Shown in pieces: positions 18,921 to 28,869 of a stretch of DNA of 64,000 nt (the stretch's first letter is position 1; the number at the start of each line of letters is the position of its first letter). Location: positions 32,001-96,000 of the forward strand of contig CAWFQK010000002.1 of assembly GCA_963817955.1 (NCBI GenBank), given 5' to 3'. The notes beneath the pieces are model-generated. The model saw only the letters and a program-made list of their open reading frames with translations. It was not told the origin of the DNA and searched no databases. A program made the position numbers and the translations under genes. This DNA is from an uncultured Gemmatimonadaceae bacterium. Lineage in GTDB: Bacteria; Gemmatimonadota; Gemmatimonadetes; Gemmatimonadales; Gemmatimonadaceae.

Positions 18921-19838
18921 TCAGGATCGAACAATGATCAGAAAACGCGACGGCTCCCAGAACTGCTCGGGCTGGTTGATTGTCAGTCCGCCTGCAATCT
19001 TGCCGTCTTTTTGCGCCTGAGGGGCCGCATAGGATGGATTCTGGCGAGACAAGATCTCGTATTGTCCTTCGGGCAACTTGATCGTGCGATCGGAGAGACG
19101 ATCGATCTTCGTGAAGTTGCTCGGATCGAGTTCGCGTGCCGGCGCCACGGACCGCGATCCGACGAGCAGGAACCGCTTCTGCCCCTCTGCCACGAGAATG
19201 CCCTTCTTGAGCAGTTCGTCCCGCGTACCGACCACATAGTAGGCAGTATTCTTCTCCGCCGTCAGGCGGCCCACCGTGTCCACGAGTGCAATACGCACGT
19301 GGCTGAGCGTATCGACCGTTGTGTTGAGCAATGCGATCTGCGCCGTCTGCTTGTCGATCACGGTCTGGAACTCGGCCCGCTGGTGTTCCGCCGATTGCTG
19401 GAGATCGGCAACCTGCTTCTCGTAATCCGTGACCTGGGCAATGAGTCCTGAATCCTGCTTCGACAGTCGTTGGGCCTGCGCGCGAGTACTCGCCAGGCGC
19501 GACTGCACGGAATCCAGACGAGCGACGAGATGGCTGATACGGGCGACGATCGCCTTGCGCTGGTCGTTGACCTGTGCGGACTCGTCGGCGGTCTCCAATT
19601 GCGCCGTCGTCTTGTTCGCGAGCGACCGCGCTTTGGCGAGCTCCGTGTTGATCTCGCCGACGAACTTCGTCGACGTCATCACCTCGTCGAGCAAGTCCTT
19701 GCGCACGTTGGCAAGTGAATCCACGCGCAGCGAGTCGGCGTGAGCCAGCGTGCCGAGTTGCTGTTGTGTGTTGTCATTGCAGGCCGCCACGGCAATGACG
19801 GACATCAACACGAGCGGGGCTACCGGGGAGAGTCTCAC
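18921..19838 (-). CDS. Coiled-coil lipoprotein resembling the Bacteroidota Cbp1-like family
   Basis: GTG with GAAGGTGA RBS, lipobox VAAC, long coiled coil then NTAYYVVGTRDELLKKGIL...PEQFW. Confidence 0.65.
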   Translation of the reverse strand: MRLSPVAPLVLMSVIAVAACNDNTQQQLGTLAHADSLRVDSLANVRKDLLDEVMTSTKFVGEINTELAKARSLANKTTAQLETADESAQVNDQRKAIVARISHLVARLDSVQSRLASTRAQAQRLSKQDSGLIAQVTDYEKQVADLQQSAEHQRAEFQTVIDKQTAQIALLNTTVDTLSHVRIALVDTVGRLTAEKNTAYYVVGTRDELLKKGILVAEGQKRFLLVGSRSVAPARELDPSNFTKIDRLSDRTIKLPEGQYEILSRQNPSYAAPQAQKDGKIAGGLTINQPEQFWEPSRFLIIVRS

Positions 19839-19940
19839 GCGTCACCTTCATCGGTCAGGGTGGACGGGTGAGCGCCAGACGAGCATGCTCACCCTGTCAT
19901 GGTGCGACCAACGAAACGCCGGCCGCACGTCCCTACCAAG

Positions 19941-19956
19941 GGCAACTATGGTACCT
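19941..19956 (-). promoter_or_regulatory. Sigma54 -24/-12 promoter
   Basis: AGGTACCATAGTTGCC = GG-N10-GC with TTGC, upstream of the bEBP-containing cluster. Confidence 0.65.
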
Positions 19957-20040
19957 GCTCAGCATAATATGCAAATGCCTTACTGCCATAGTGTTACAGC
20001 ATTTCGTCGATCGGTGGGCGCAGCAGACATGACGGGAACA

Positions 20041-20053
20041 GGGAAATTTTCCC
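20041..20053. promoter_or_regulatory. Candidate bEBP enhancer palindrome
   Basis: GGGAAA-T-TTTCCC about 85-100 bp upstream of the sigma54 site, with an AT-rich stretch in between. Confidence 0.5.
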
Positions 20054-20095
20054 GGTTATGAAATGGAGGGTGCGCCCCTTCGCCGCCGCGGCCTC

Positions 20096-21784
20096 TCAAT
20101 ACCTCCACCACGGCGTAGTCGTGCCCGCCGGCATCTTCCGCAGCCCGTACTCGGCCATTTCTCGCAGACGATCCGCGCTCGTTCCAGGCCCGCTCCAGCA
20201 GTGCGGCTTCTGATCGCCGTACACGAAGTACCCCTCGTAATGCGGATTCTGCGTGGTCTTCATCCACGCTTCCAACTCACGCGTCGCCCGATCGAGGAAG
20301 AAGCTATCCATGTTGCCGACGTAGACGTGGATCTTGTCGACGAGTTTGGGCCCGACGGTGCTCCAGTTGCGCTGCAGGTAGTACAGCAAGTCGTAGTTGT
20401 CGTGCCAATACGGCGTCACGGTGTGGTCGATCACACCGGTGCGCGAATCGACCGCCGGTTTGAAGTAGCCGTCACTGCCGATTGGCCCGAAGACCGCCTG
20501 CCAGATGTCCTGCTGGCCCGTACCCGAGCGCCCGTGCGTGCCGTTGACGAGCTCCATCCAGTACCGCTGCTGCGCCGTCTGCCGAATCGAGCCGTCAACC
20601 TCTCGCGAGTTGACCGTCGGTGTGAGCTGCCACTCGCTGTAGTTCTTGTAGAAGGCGTTCGCATCCTTGTACATGTTCACGCCTTCGACGTCGGTAAACG
20701 TCACGGGATCGGGACAGGACGACCACGTGCCACCGAAGAAATCTGGATGCAAGATCTGGAGCGCGAGCGACTCCCATCCGCCGGTTGATCCACCAGACAA
20801 CCATCTCGCCCAGGGCTCCTTGATCACCCGGTATCGCTTCTCCACCTCCGGGATGAGCTCATTCATGATGGCGTCGCCGTACGGCCCCATGTTGACGCTG
20901 TTCACGGCGTACGAATCGTCGAAATACGGCGTGGGGTGCTGGAACGTCACTGCAATGAGGCGCGGAAAGGCATCGCCCAACCACTGCTCGCGGAAGGACG
21001 GACCGGCGGGTCCACGGCCGCGTCCGCCGGCAGCTGCGTCAAATCCATACGGTGCGCCGAGGCCGAAGTGACCCTGGATGTAGTTCACCGGATAGCTGAA
21101 CGTGGACGTCGCGTAGTCGCGCGGCAGCAATACTGTGGCGCCAAGGTAGATCGGACGTCCCCAGAACTTTGAGAGCGAGGGGCTGCGGAACTTGAAGCGT
21201 TGGACGTATTCGTTGTCCGCCGGAACTTGGATGGGAGGAATGACCTTGTCGGCGACGAGCCTCACCACGGCGTTGGTCGTTGGATCCAGGTGCACCTTTT
21301 GCGGCGTGCCGTAGATGTTGCCAGGCGACCGTGGCCAGTTCTGTCCTTCCCACTGGTCGTCGTGCATCCAGAGCACGTGCCCATCGGCACGTTTGAACTC
21401 GGAGTAGACGTTCACGAACGGCTGAACCCAGTAGTCACCCGCCGGAACGTCTGCCATGTCGAACACGGGCGTTCCGAGATCCTTGCCGTCGATGACGGCG
21501 GGTGCACCGGGCGCGAGGCGCTCCACGTCGTGCCCGAACAACGGCGTCCCAACGCGGCCGACCAGCGTCCGCGGCTCGCGAGAGCTGTCGCGGGTAATGA
21601 TCGCGTACACCCGGCCCGTGAGGGGCTCGGCGCGCACCGATGCCGGCACCCGAACCTCGAACCGGATTCGTGCGCGTCCCGAGGGACCCGGCAGGATAAC
21701 CGACGTTTGCGCGGCGGCGATGCCTGCCATCACCAGCGACGTGAACACAGCCAGCGCCAGAAGGCGATTGCGAAACGAGGGCAC
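20096..21784 (-). CDS. Secreted putative esterase (enterochelin esterase-like alpha/beta hydrolase)
   Basis: Signal peptide, FRSPSLSKFWGRPI, GPYGDAIMNELIPEVE, GGSTGG. Confidence 0.85.
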   Translation of the reverse strand: MPSFRNRLLALAVFTSLVMAGIAAAQTSVILPGPSGRARIRFEVRVPASVRAEPLTGRVYAIITRDSSREPRTLVGRVGTPLFGHDVERLAPGAPAVIDGKDLGTPVFDMADVPAGDYWVQPFVNVYSEFKRADGHVLWMHDDQWEGQNWPRSPGNIYGTPQKVHLDPTTNAVVRLVADKVIPPIQVPADNEYVQRFKFRSPSLSKFWGRPIYLGATVLLPRDYATSTFSYPVNYIQGHFGLGAPYGFDAAAGGRGRGPAGPSFREQWLGDAFPRLIAVTFQHPTPYFDDSYAVNSVNMGPYGDAIMNELIPEVEKRYRVIKEPWARWLSGGSTGGWESLALQILHPDFFGGTWSSCPDPVTFTDVEGVNMYKDANAFYKNYSEWQLTPTVNSREVDGSIRQTAQQRYWMELVNGTHGRSGTGQQDIWQAVFGPIGSDGYFKPAVDSRTGVIDHTVTPYWHDNYDLLYYLQRNWSTVGPKLVDKIHVYVGNMDSFFLDRATRELEAWMKTTQNPHYEGYFVYGDQKPHCWSGPGTSADRLREMAEYGLRKMPAGTTTPWWRY

Positions 21785-22019
21785 GAGGGCAGCTCCAGTC
21801 GTAAGGGCTTACGCGCCTCGCGGCCACCAGCGTGCGTCGCGAGACATAGCAGACTTGGCCGTAGTATATCCGTCCCGCTCGATATTGCGAGCGACTCGGC
21901 CGTCCCTGTGCCATAGCCGGCGATCAGTCGTCCCTTTGGACAGGCCTCGGGCTACTACTCTGTACCCGGTGGTGCCCTTCCATGAACGCCGGTGCAACCG
22001 GCAGACGGTGTACTTCGCG

Positions 22020-23204
22020 ATGTCGCGATCAGGTTTGCTGGCGCTCCGTTGGTTGTGGGTGTTGATCGGCGACACGCCGTTGCGCAATTGCGGATGGCGC
22101 ACGCGACTTTGTCTCGGCGTCTTACTGCTCCACGGTTGTGGTTCGCCGCAGCCGCTGGGGATCGGCGTCGTCCTCGACGACGACGGCGCACGCGGCGCTC
22201 TCCTCGCGGCCAAGGACATCAATGCCGCTGGCGGTATCAGGGGGCAGCCACTTCACCTGCACGTCATTCGCGGGCTCTCCAGCACCTCCGCGCGCGACGC
22301 ACTCACCGCCGCTGACAGCCTTGCGACGGACCAGGATATGCTTGCGGTGGTCGGCCACACCAACAGCAGTGCGAGTATCGCCGCGGCACAGGTGTACAAT
22401 GAGCATCACATCACGCAGATCGCGCCAACCACGACCGCGCCAGTCTATAGCGAGGCTGGGCCATACAGCTTTCGTCTGGTGGCGAGCGACGTACATCAGG
22501 GGGCGTTTCTCGGCGAGCTCATACTCGCCGATTCGTCGCGTTCGCGGACGGCTTTACTGTACGTGAATGATGACTACGGTCGTGCGTTGCGAGCGACGTT
22601 TGTGCAGAGTCTCGCGGCGCACGGGATTGCGCCTGCGTACGAGGCTCCGTACGCGGAAGCGGCTGGCTTCACGGACGTCGCCGATGTGGCGAGCGCGATC
22701 GCGAGGTCCAAGGCACAGGTGCTCGTGTGGGTGGGGCGATCGGCCGAACTCCAGATCTTGCTGCCGCCACTGCGCAAACTGGTACCGGCCATCCGCGTGA
22801 TCGCCAGCGACGGGTTCGGCGGCCCACGTTCCGCCGATTTTCGGTCGCAGATACTGCTTGGAGTACGCTATGTGCGTTTCGTGGATCTGGACAGCACCCC
22901 CCGCACTCGCCTTCTCATAGCGCGAAACCAACAGGAGAACGCCCAGTTCACCGATCAGTTCCCGCTGGCGTATGATGCGGTCATGCTGCTGGCGGAAGCG
23001 ATCCGCAGCGCGGGTCCCGACCGCGAGCGGATCAGAGACTACGTGGCCGGGCTGGGAACTGCGCGCCCAGCGTTCGCGGGGATCACCGGTCCGATCTCGT
23101 TCGACCGGAACAGAAATCCGCCGCCATCGTACCATTTGAAGGAAGTCACCGCGACTGGCTCGCGAGCGATTTCACTTCCCCCCGGCATGCAACGCATCCC
23201 ATGA
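22020..23204 (+). CDS. LivK-like periplasmic binding lipoprotein (start uncertain)
   Basis: LHGC lipobox, INAAGGI, VVGHTNSS, NDDYG, GITGPISFD. Confidence 0.85.
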   Translation: MSRSGLLALRWLWVLIGDTPLRNCGWRTRLCLGVLLLHGCGSPQPLGIGVVLDDDGARGALLAAKDINAAGGIRGQPLHLHVIRGLSSTSARDALTAADSLATDQDMLAVVGHTNSSASIAAAQVYNEHHITQIAPTTTAPVYSEAGPYSFRLVASDVHQGAFLGELILADSSRSRTALLYVNDDYGRALRATFVQSLAAHGIAPAYEAPYAEAAGFTDVADVASAIARSKAQVLVWVGRSAELQILLPPLRKLVPAIRVIASDGFGGPRSADFRSQILLGVRYVRFVDLDSTPRTRLLIARNQQENAQFTDQFPLAYDAVMLLAEAIRSAGPDRERIRDYVAGLGTARPAFAGITGPISFDRNRNPPPSYHLKEVTATGSRAISLPPGMQRIP

Positions 23205-25204
23205 TTCGAGCGGCGGCACGGAAGCAGTCGCTCCGTGGGGTAATGCTGGTCACGGCCATCGCCTTCGGGTCCCTGCTCATCGCATCCATGGGACTCCTCC
23301 TGTCCCTCTCGGCGTCGATTCGGCAGGCGCTGGATAGAAGCACCGAGCAATTGATGGTGGAGCAGCGCATCGCTGATCGAATCGTCAGCGCATCGTACGG
23401 ACAACAGCTCGCTGCGTACCGGGTGCTCGAATCACCTCGCGCCTCATCGCTCCAGGAGTTTCGCGCGCACGGCGAGGAGGCCTATGCCGGGATCCGCCAG
23501 TATCTCCTGCGACCACTTCCGCTGTCGGCGCGGCTGAAGGTGGAAACGATCAAGGAGGCGCATCAGGACTTCGAGGTCGCCGCGCAGCATGCATTCGATT
23601 TGGCGCTGGGCGGCGAGCCGGGGGCGGCCCGGGCGCGAACCCAGACCGTCACGGACAAGGCAGCCAAGATCGAGGGGGCAGTCGGCAGCTTCATGGCCGA
23701 TCGTGAGCAGAACCGCTTGGAGCTTCGCGCAGGGCAGGAGGCGGCGCTGCAGCGTCTGCAGCGAGCCATGATCGCCTTGACCATCGCCCTGGCCGTGGCA
23801 GCGCTCATTCTCGCTAGCGTGCTACGGCGTCTCGTCATGTTGCCGATCTACGATCTGGCAACGGCGGTGCGGGCGTTGGGCGCCGGCGCCGATCTCGTGC
23901 GCGTCGCCCCACAGCGCTACCGAGAATTTCAATTGCTCGCGGACAGCTTCGACGGCATGGCCGAGAAAGTCCATGACGCGCGCGCCGAAGTGCAAACGCG
24001 CAATCAGGAATTGCTCAAGGCCATGGAAGACATGCAGCACCTGCAGCGCGAGCTCGTGCAGCACGAAAAGTTGAGCGCCATGGGCGAGATGCTTGCCGGG
24101 CTGGCGCACGAGCTCAACAACCCGCTCGCGGCCATTCTCGGCATCGCAGAGTGCCTCAAGCTCGACCTTTCCGAGTCAAATGGTCGAGCAGGACGCGGTA
24201 CAGTCGCGGCGTTGATCGACCCGCTCGTTGCCGAATCGCTTCGGGCGCGAGACCTGGTTCGAAACCTCTTGCACTTTTCGCGAGCATCGGAATCGCAGCT
24301 CGAGAGCGTCCGGCTTTCGAGGGCGATGGAGTTAGCGATCAGTCTTCGGCGTCACGTGTTCGTGCAGAACGGGAAGACCATCGATGTTGACGTCGCGCCC
24401 GATCTCTACGTCGTCGCCCACCAGCAGAAGCTGGAGCTGGCGATCATCAATCTCATGAACAACGCGCTCGACGCCATGTCTGGCGCGCCGGGCTGCGCGC
24501 TGCACATCCAAGCACATCGCACAGAGAACATCGTGGTGATTGTGTTTCAGGACGAAGGACCGGGGTTCCTTCGGCCGGAACGCGTGTTCGAGCCGTTCTA
24601 TACGACGAAACCAGTCGGTTCCGGCACGGGACTCGGGTTGTCACTCGTGCATCGCTTCGTCGAACAGTTCGGGGGGACGGTGTCGGCAGAGAATGCCAGA
24701 CCGACAGGAGCGCGTGTCACGATCCGCCTGATCGCCGCCCCGGCCCCGACAGCCGAGCCCGGGCACTCGGACCAGATCAGGACGCCTGGCGGCTCCGACG
24801 TCGAGCCGTCGGTGTCGATCCGTCCCAGAATTCTCATCGTGGACGACGAGCAGACCATTTGCGAAGTGCAACGGCGGATGTTGCGGCAACTGGCGGTGGA
24901 CGTCGAGACGGTGGCGAGCGGCGAGGAAGCGTGCGCAAAGCTGCGCCAGGGACCGTACGACCTGATCATCACGGACTTGCGGATGCCAGGTCCGGTGGAT
25001 GGCCGAGAGTTGATCGAATGGATCGCGCGCGAGCGGCCGGAACTTGCTTCGCGGACCCTCGTGGCAACCGGCGAACTCATGGATCTCCCGGGCAGAGTGG
25101 TGTCGACGATTCCTGACGAGCAGATGATACAGAAGCCGTTCGACCGCGCTGACTACCTGTTTCGTGTGAAGCGAGCGCTGACGAGCACCGCCTCCCCAGC
25201 ATAG
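23201..25204 (+). CDS. Hybrid histidine kinase (helical sensor, HAMP, HisKA, HATPase, REC)
   Basis: EKLSAMGEMLAGLAHELNNPL, FYTTK, GTGLGL, C-terminal IVDDE..DLRMP; ATGA overlap with binding protein. Confidence 0.92.
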   Translation: MIRAAARKQSLRGVMLVTAIAFGSLLIASMGLLLSLSASIRQALDRSTEQLMVEQRIADRIVSASYGQQLAAYRVLESPRASSLQEFRAHGEEAYAGIRQYLLRPLPLSARLKVETIKEAHQDFEVAAQHAFDLALGGEPGAARARTQTVTDKAAKIEGAVGSFMADREQNRLELRAGQEAALQRLQRAMIALTIALAVAALILASVLRRLVMLPIYDLATAVRALGAGADLVRVAPQRYREFQLLADSFDGMAEKVHDARAEVQTRNQELLKAMEDMQHLQRELVQHEKLSAMGEMLAGLAHELNNPLAAILGIAECLKLDLSESNGRAGRGTVAALIDPLVAESLRARDLVRNLLHFSRASESQLESVRLSRAMELAISLRRHVFVQNGKTIDVDVAPDLYVVAHQQKLELAIINLMNNALDAMSGAPGCALHIQAHRTENIVVIVFQDEGPGFLRPERVFEPFYTTKPVGSGTGLGLSLVHRFVEQFGGTVSAENARPTGARVTIRLIAAPAPTAEPGHSDQIRTPGGSDVEPSVSIRPRILIVDDEQTICEVQRRMLRQLAVDVETVASGEEACAKLRQGPYDLIITDLRMPGPVDGRELIEWIARERPELASRTLVATGELMDLPGRVVSTIPDEQMIQKPFDRADYLFRVKRALTSTASPA

Positions 25205-26153
25205 AAACATCGACCGGACTTCCCTCTCGGCTTCTCGGGGACTCGGCGAGGACGCCAGCTGATCGCGTCGGCGCCGGCCGTAAGTACTCCTCGAGAAACG
25301 CACCGACGCGGCGCTCGTACTCCGGCGTCTCATACGCGTACATGTCCTCATGGGTCGCTCCCGGAACCGCCCAGAACGACTTCGGCTCGGGCGCACGCGC
25401 ATACAGGGACTCGGCCTCCGCGATCGGCGTGTAGGGATCTGCCGTACCCGATATGAGCAGCAGCGGTGCGTGGATCTGTCCGATGTGCGCGATTGGCTGC
25501 AGTTCCGATTCTGTGACGCCGGTTTCCTCTCTGATGAGTCCGATCGCCGCCGAGGTGAAGCTCCTCGCGATCCCGCCGACGGGACCGAGCCATGTGCCGA
25601 GTCGATTGCTCACCGCCTGGCGAATCGTCGGATACACCGACTCGAAGACGAATGCGTCCGCCGGGAGCGGTCCGTCCCCGAGCAGGCTCGCCGCACCACC
25701 CATGGAGACGCCGATCACGCCAATGCGATCCGACGGTACATGCGCCCGCAAGTAGCGCATCGCGGCGGCGGCATCGAAGCTCTCGAGCGCGCCATAGGTG
25801 ACGTGTGCACCAGATGACTCGCCTTCCGCCTGAAAATCGGGAGCGAGCACGGTGAAGCCAAGCTTGTGCAGGAATAGCGCGCGGGCGCGCATGCTCGTGC
25901 GGTCTGCTCCAATGCCGTGGAGCAGTAGCACCGCGCCGGCGCCAGCGCGGCCGCGCGCAAACCAGGCGTGAATGGTGCTTCCCGACGCGCTGGCGAACGC
26001 GACATTCTCCGCACCAAGTGATTTCGGCGGCGCGGCCACCGAATGCTGCGCCGGTGCGCTGATCAGGGAGCACCCGGCCGACGCCAATGCCGCCACGAAC
26101 GCCACCGCGAGGGCAGCACGCTGTAAGTTGGGTCGTGGGGCGCGGGGTGTCAT
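25077..26153 (-). CDS. Alpha/beta hydrolase lipoprotein
   Basis: Lipobox SAGC, LLHG, GVSMGG, GTAD, GATH. Confidence 0.88.
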   Translation of the reverse strand: MTPRAPRPNLQRAALAVAFVAALASAGCSLISAPAQHSVAAPPKSLGAENVAFASASGSTIHAWFARGRAGAGAVLLLHGIGADRTSMRARALFLHKLGFTVLAPDFQAEGESSGAHVTYGALESFDAAAAMRYLRAHVPSDRIGVIGVSMGGAASLLGDGPLPADAFVFESVYPTIRQAVSNRLGTWLGPVGGIARSFTSAAIGLIREETGVTESELQPIAHIGQIHAPLLLISGTADPYTPIAEAESLYARAPEPKSFWAVPGATHEDMYAYETPEYERRVGAFLEEYLRPAPTRSAGVLAESPRSREGSPVDVSMLGRRCSSALASHETGSQRGRTASVSSARQESSTPLCPGDP

Positions 26154-26165
26154 GGTTGAACTATT

Positions 26166-26181
26166 TGCAGAGTGGGTGCCA
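26166..26181 (-). promoter_or_regulatory. Sigma54 -24/-12 promoter
   Basis: TGGCACCCACTCTGCA = TGGCAC, GG-N10-GC. Confidence 0.6.
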
Positions 26182-26213
26182 TCTTGGAATTCAGCGAGTC
26201 ACGTCCTTGTCGT

Positions 26214-27239
26214 ATGCTGCCGCTGGCACGTAGAACTGCCGCGGGCATACGTCGTCGGATCCTCACCGCGTGCGTCACCGCTGGACTCGCGGCGGCGGCA
26301 CAACTCGCTTCGGCACAGGCGGCTACATCGTCATACACCAGTTCCGTCGCCGCGATCGCTCGGCGACAGGCGATAGACGACAGCATTGCCGTGCCCGGCG
26401 CGCGAAGCATTCTGCTGACGAGCGGCGCGCCCGCACCGCGCGTGATCGTGCTGCTGCACGGCCTCACCGACTCGCCGCGACAATTCGAGGCATTCGCCTA
26501 TCTGCTGCACGCTGACGGGAACAACGTCTATGTGCCGCGCCTGCCGCAGCACGGACTGCGTGGCGGTGACGTTCGCGCGCTGTCCGCGCTCACCGTCGGC
26601 CAGCTAGAGGGAGTCGCCGATTCCGTGGTAACCGAGGCGCGCGGACTCGGCGATTCGGTAATCGTCGTCGGCTTGAGCATGGGCGCGACGATGGGCGCCT
26701 GGATCGTTCAGCACCGGGAAGTGGAGCGCGCGGTGCTGATCGCGCCGGCGATCGAGTTGGCGATGATTCCCTCGTTGCTCCAACGCCCGCTGATCGGGTT
26801 GGCCGATCGCTTGCCGAGCGTGACGCGACGATCGCCACGCGACACCACGCGACCCGACCGAGAAGTGGGATTCAACTCGCGCGCGGCGGCAGAGATCTTC
26901 GAGCTCGGACGGTCAGTCCTTGGTGAGGCCGGCCGCGATGCTCCGCAAACGCGCAACATCGTCCTGCTGGTGAACGCCGCCGATCGCACGGTGAAAGCAT
27001 CGGCGGCGGAATCGCTCGCGCGCGATTGGTCCAGGCATGGCGCGAACCTATCGGTATTCGAGCTTCCGGACTCCTTGCGCCTTCCACACAACATCATCGA
27101 TGCGCGGCGTGGACGGATTGGAGGTGACGCGGTGCTCGCGCTGCTGCGGGAACTCTCGTACGGCTGGTTGCCGGCGGCCATGGCTCGGCGCATCGCGCTC
27201 GGTAGCAGAGCTGGCGTAGGAGCACGATCGAGTCCTTGA
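26214..27239 (+). CDS. Secreted alpha/beta hydrolase (carboxylesterase/lysophospholipase-like)
   Basis: Signal-like N-term, LLHGLTDSP, PRLPQHG, GLSMG, AADRTV, PH; start 26172 or 26214. Confidence 0.85.
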   Translation: MLPLARRTAAGIRRRILTACVTAGLAAAAQLASAQAATSSYTSSVAAIARRQAIDDSIAVPGARSILLTSGAPAPRVIVLLHGLTDSPRQFEAFAYLLHADGNNVYVPRLPQHGLRGGDVRALSALTVGQLEGVADSVVTEARGLGDSVIVVGLSMGATMGAWIVQHREVERAVLIAPAIELAMIPSLLQRPLIGLADRLPSVTRRSPRDTTRPDREVGFNSRAAAEIFELGRSVLGEAGRDAPQTRNIVLLVNAADRTVKASAAESLARDWSRHGANLSVFELPDSLRLPHNIIDARRGRIGGDAVLALLRELSYGWLPAAMARRIALGSRAGVGARSSP

Positions 27240-27254
27240 TCATTAATGGCGATG

Positions 27255-27270
27255 CGGCACGCCGCGTGCT
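27255..27270 (+). promoter_or_regulatory. Sigma54 -24/-12 promoter
   Basis: CGGCACGCCGCGTGCT = GGCACG, GG-N10-GC. Confidence 0.5.
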
Positions 27271-27283
27271 CGTCAACGATCAT

Positions 27284-27952
27284 ATGAGAGTCCGCTTTCT
27301 GAATCGTCGCGATGCAGGCCGACGGCTGGCCGCTGAGCTCCGCTCCTCCTATGGCGGGCGGTCGGACCTCATCGTGTTGGCGTTGCCGCGCGGCGGAGTT
27401 CCCGTCGCGTTCGAGATCGCCGAGGCGCTGCACGCGCCGCTGGATGTCTTCGTCGTTCGAAAGCTCGGCCTTCCGTGGCACGAAGAGCTGGCCATGGGCG
27501 CACTCGCCAGCGGAGGCGTACGCGTGCTCGACGAAGATCTGATTCGCGTCGCCCGCGTGAGCGACGAAGAGATTCGGCGCGTCACGGCCGTGGAGCAGGC
27601 AGAATTGGAGCGCCGAGAGCGGCAGTACCGCGGTGACCGTCCATTCCCCGATCTGTCCGGCAAGACCGTCATTCTCGTCGATGACGGGCTCGCGACTGGC
27701 TCGACCATGCGGGCCGGGGTCGCCGCGGTGCGACAGGAAGGACCGTCGCGCGTCGTCGTGGCGGTTCCAGTAGCCGCGCGCGAAACGTGCGACGCATTCA
27801 GCGACATCGCTGATGACATCATCTGCGCTGAAACGCCTGAGCCGTTTCAAGCGGTCGGCTTGTGGTACGAGGACTTCTCACAGACCACCGACGACGAGGT
27901 GCACGAGCTACTCGAGCAAGCGGGCCACGCCCTCGGCACACATTCCTCCTGA
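27284..27952 (+). CDS. Type I phosphoribosyltransferase
   Basis: MRVRFLNRRDAGRRLA, LPRGGVPV, PRPP loop VDDGLATGST, FSQTTDDEV. Confidence 0.92.
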   Translation: MRVRFLNRRDAGRRLAAELRSSYGGRSDLIVLALPRGGVPVAFEIAEALHAPLDVFVVRKLGLPWHEELAMGALASGGVRVLDEDLIRVARVSDEEIRRVTAVEQAELERRERQYRGDRPFPDLSGKTVILVDDGLATGSTMRAGVAAVRQEGPSRVVVAVPVAARETCDAFSDIADDIICAETPEPFQAVGLWYEDFSQTTDDEVHELLEQAGHALGTHSS

Positions 27953-27968
27953 TTCCGACTGAGGCGAT

Positions 27969-28673
27969 ATGCCCGCATACGATGATGACCGACTGGAGCG
28001 CACGGTTTCGATTTCCACGGGGACGGTCACGCTCCATGGAACACTCGGCGCGCCTCCCGACGCGAGAGGGGTTATCCTCTTTGCGCACGGCAGCGGCAGT
28101 AGCCGGTTCAGCTCACGAAATCGATTCGTTGCGCGGGTATTGCGCGACGCTGGACTCGGGACGTTGCTGCTCGATTTGCTGTCGCGGAGTGAGGAAGAGG
28201 TCGACGAGGTCACGCGCCATCACCGCTTCGACATTCCGATGTTGGCCGACCGTCTCGTCGCCGCCCTCGAATGGCTCAAAGACGAGTCGAGCACTGCCGA
28301 CCTTCCGGTTGGGTTATTCGGCGCGAGCACTGGCGGCGGCGCTGCACTAGTGGCCGCCGCGCTGCGGCCCGATCGGGTCGGCGCGGTAGTCTCACGCGGT
28401 GGCCGGCCGGATCTCGCCGGCGAATCATTACCGCTGGTTGAAGCACCGACGCTGCTGATCGTCGGCGGCAACGACGACGTCGTGATCACGCTGAATGAGC
28501 GCGCACGCGACCAGATGCGCGCGGAGGTTCGTCTCGACATTGTCCCCGGCGCCACCCACCTGTTCGAGGAGGCCGGCGCGCTCGAACAGGTGGCCGGGTT
28601 GGCCCGAGACTGGTTCCTGCTGCACCTGCATCCCGTGGAACGGAGCGCGCGCGCGCCCGGGAGAAGCGCCTGA
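27969..28673 (+). CDS. Dienelactone hydrolase family protein
   Basis: FAHGSGSSRFS, FGASTG, SRGGRPDLA, GATHLFEE; usual partner of this PRTase. Confidence 0.92.
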   Translation: MPAYDDDRLERTVSISTGTVTLHGTLGAPPDARGVILFAHGSGSSRFSSRNRFVARVLRDAGLGTLLLDLLSRSEEEVDEVTRHHRFDIPMLADRLVAALEWLKDESSTADLPVGLFGASTGGGAALVAAALRPDRVGAVVSRGGRPDLAGESLPLVEAPTLLIVGGNDDVVITLNERARDQMRAEVRLDIVPGATHLFEEAGALEQVAGLARDWFLLHLHPVERSARAPGRSA

Positions 28674-28869
28674 AGATGCAAGGTGCATGATGCTTACACC
28701 CTACGTCGGCAGGGCGCTGGTAGCGGTCGGAGGGCTCGCGACCATCCCGGCGGCCCACTTTGTCGTTCGGAGCCGTCGAGCATCCACGGCCCAGAGTGCC
28801 AGTGGCGCCGCGTCCTTACTCTGATCATTCACACACGGATTTGATTGCCGCAACGTGCCGTGCCGATCG

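Noticed and set aside
21456..22019. N-terminal part of the 582-aa ORF
   Set aside because: Antisense to the esterase and intergenic; the binding-protein fold starts later
26224..26240. Sigma54 site TGGCACG..TGC on plus strand
   Set aside because: GG-to-GC spacing is 11, not 10, and it lies inside the probable CDS
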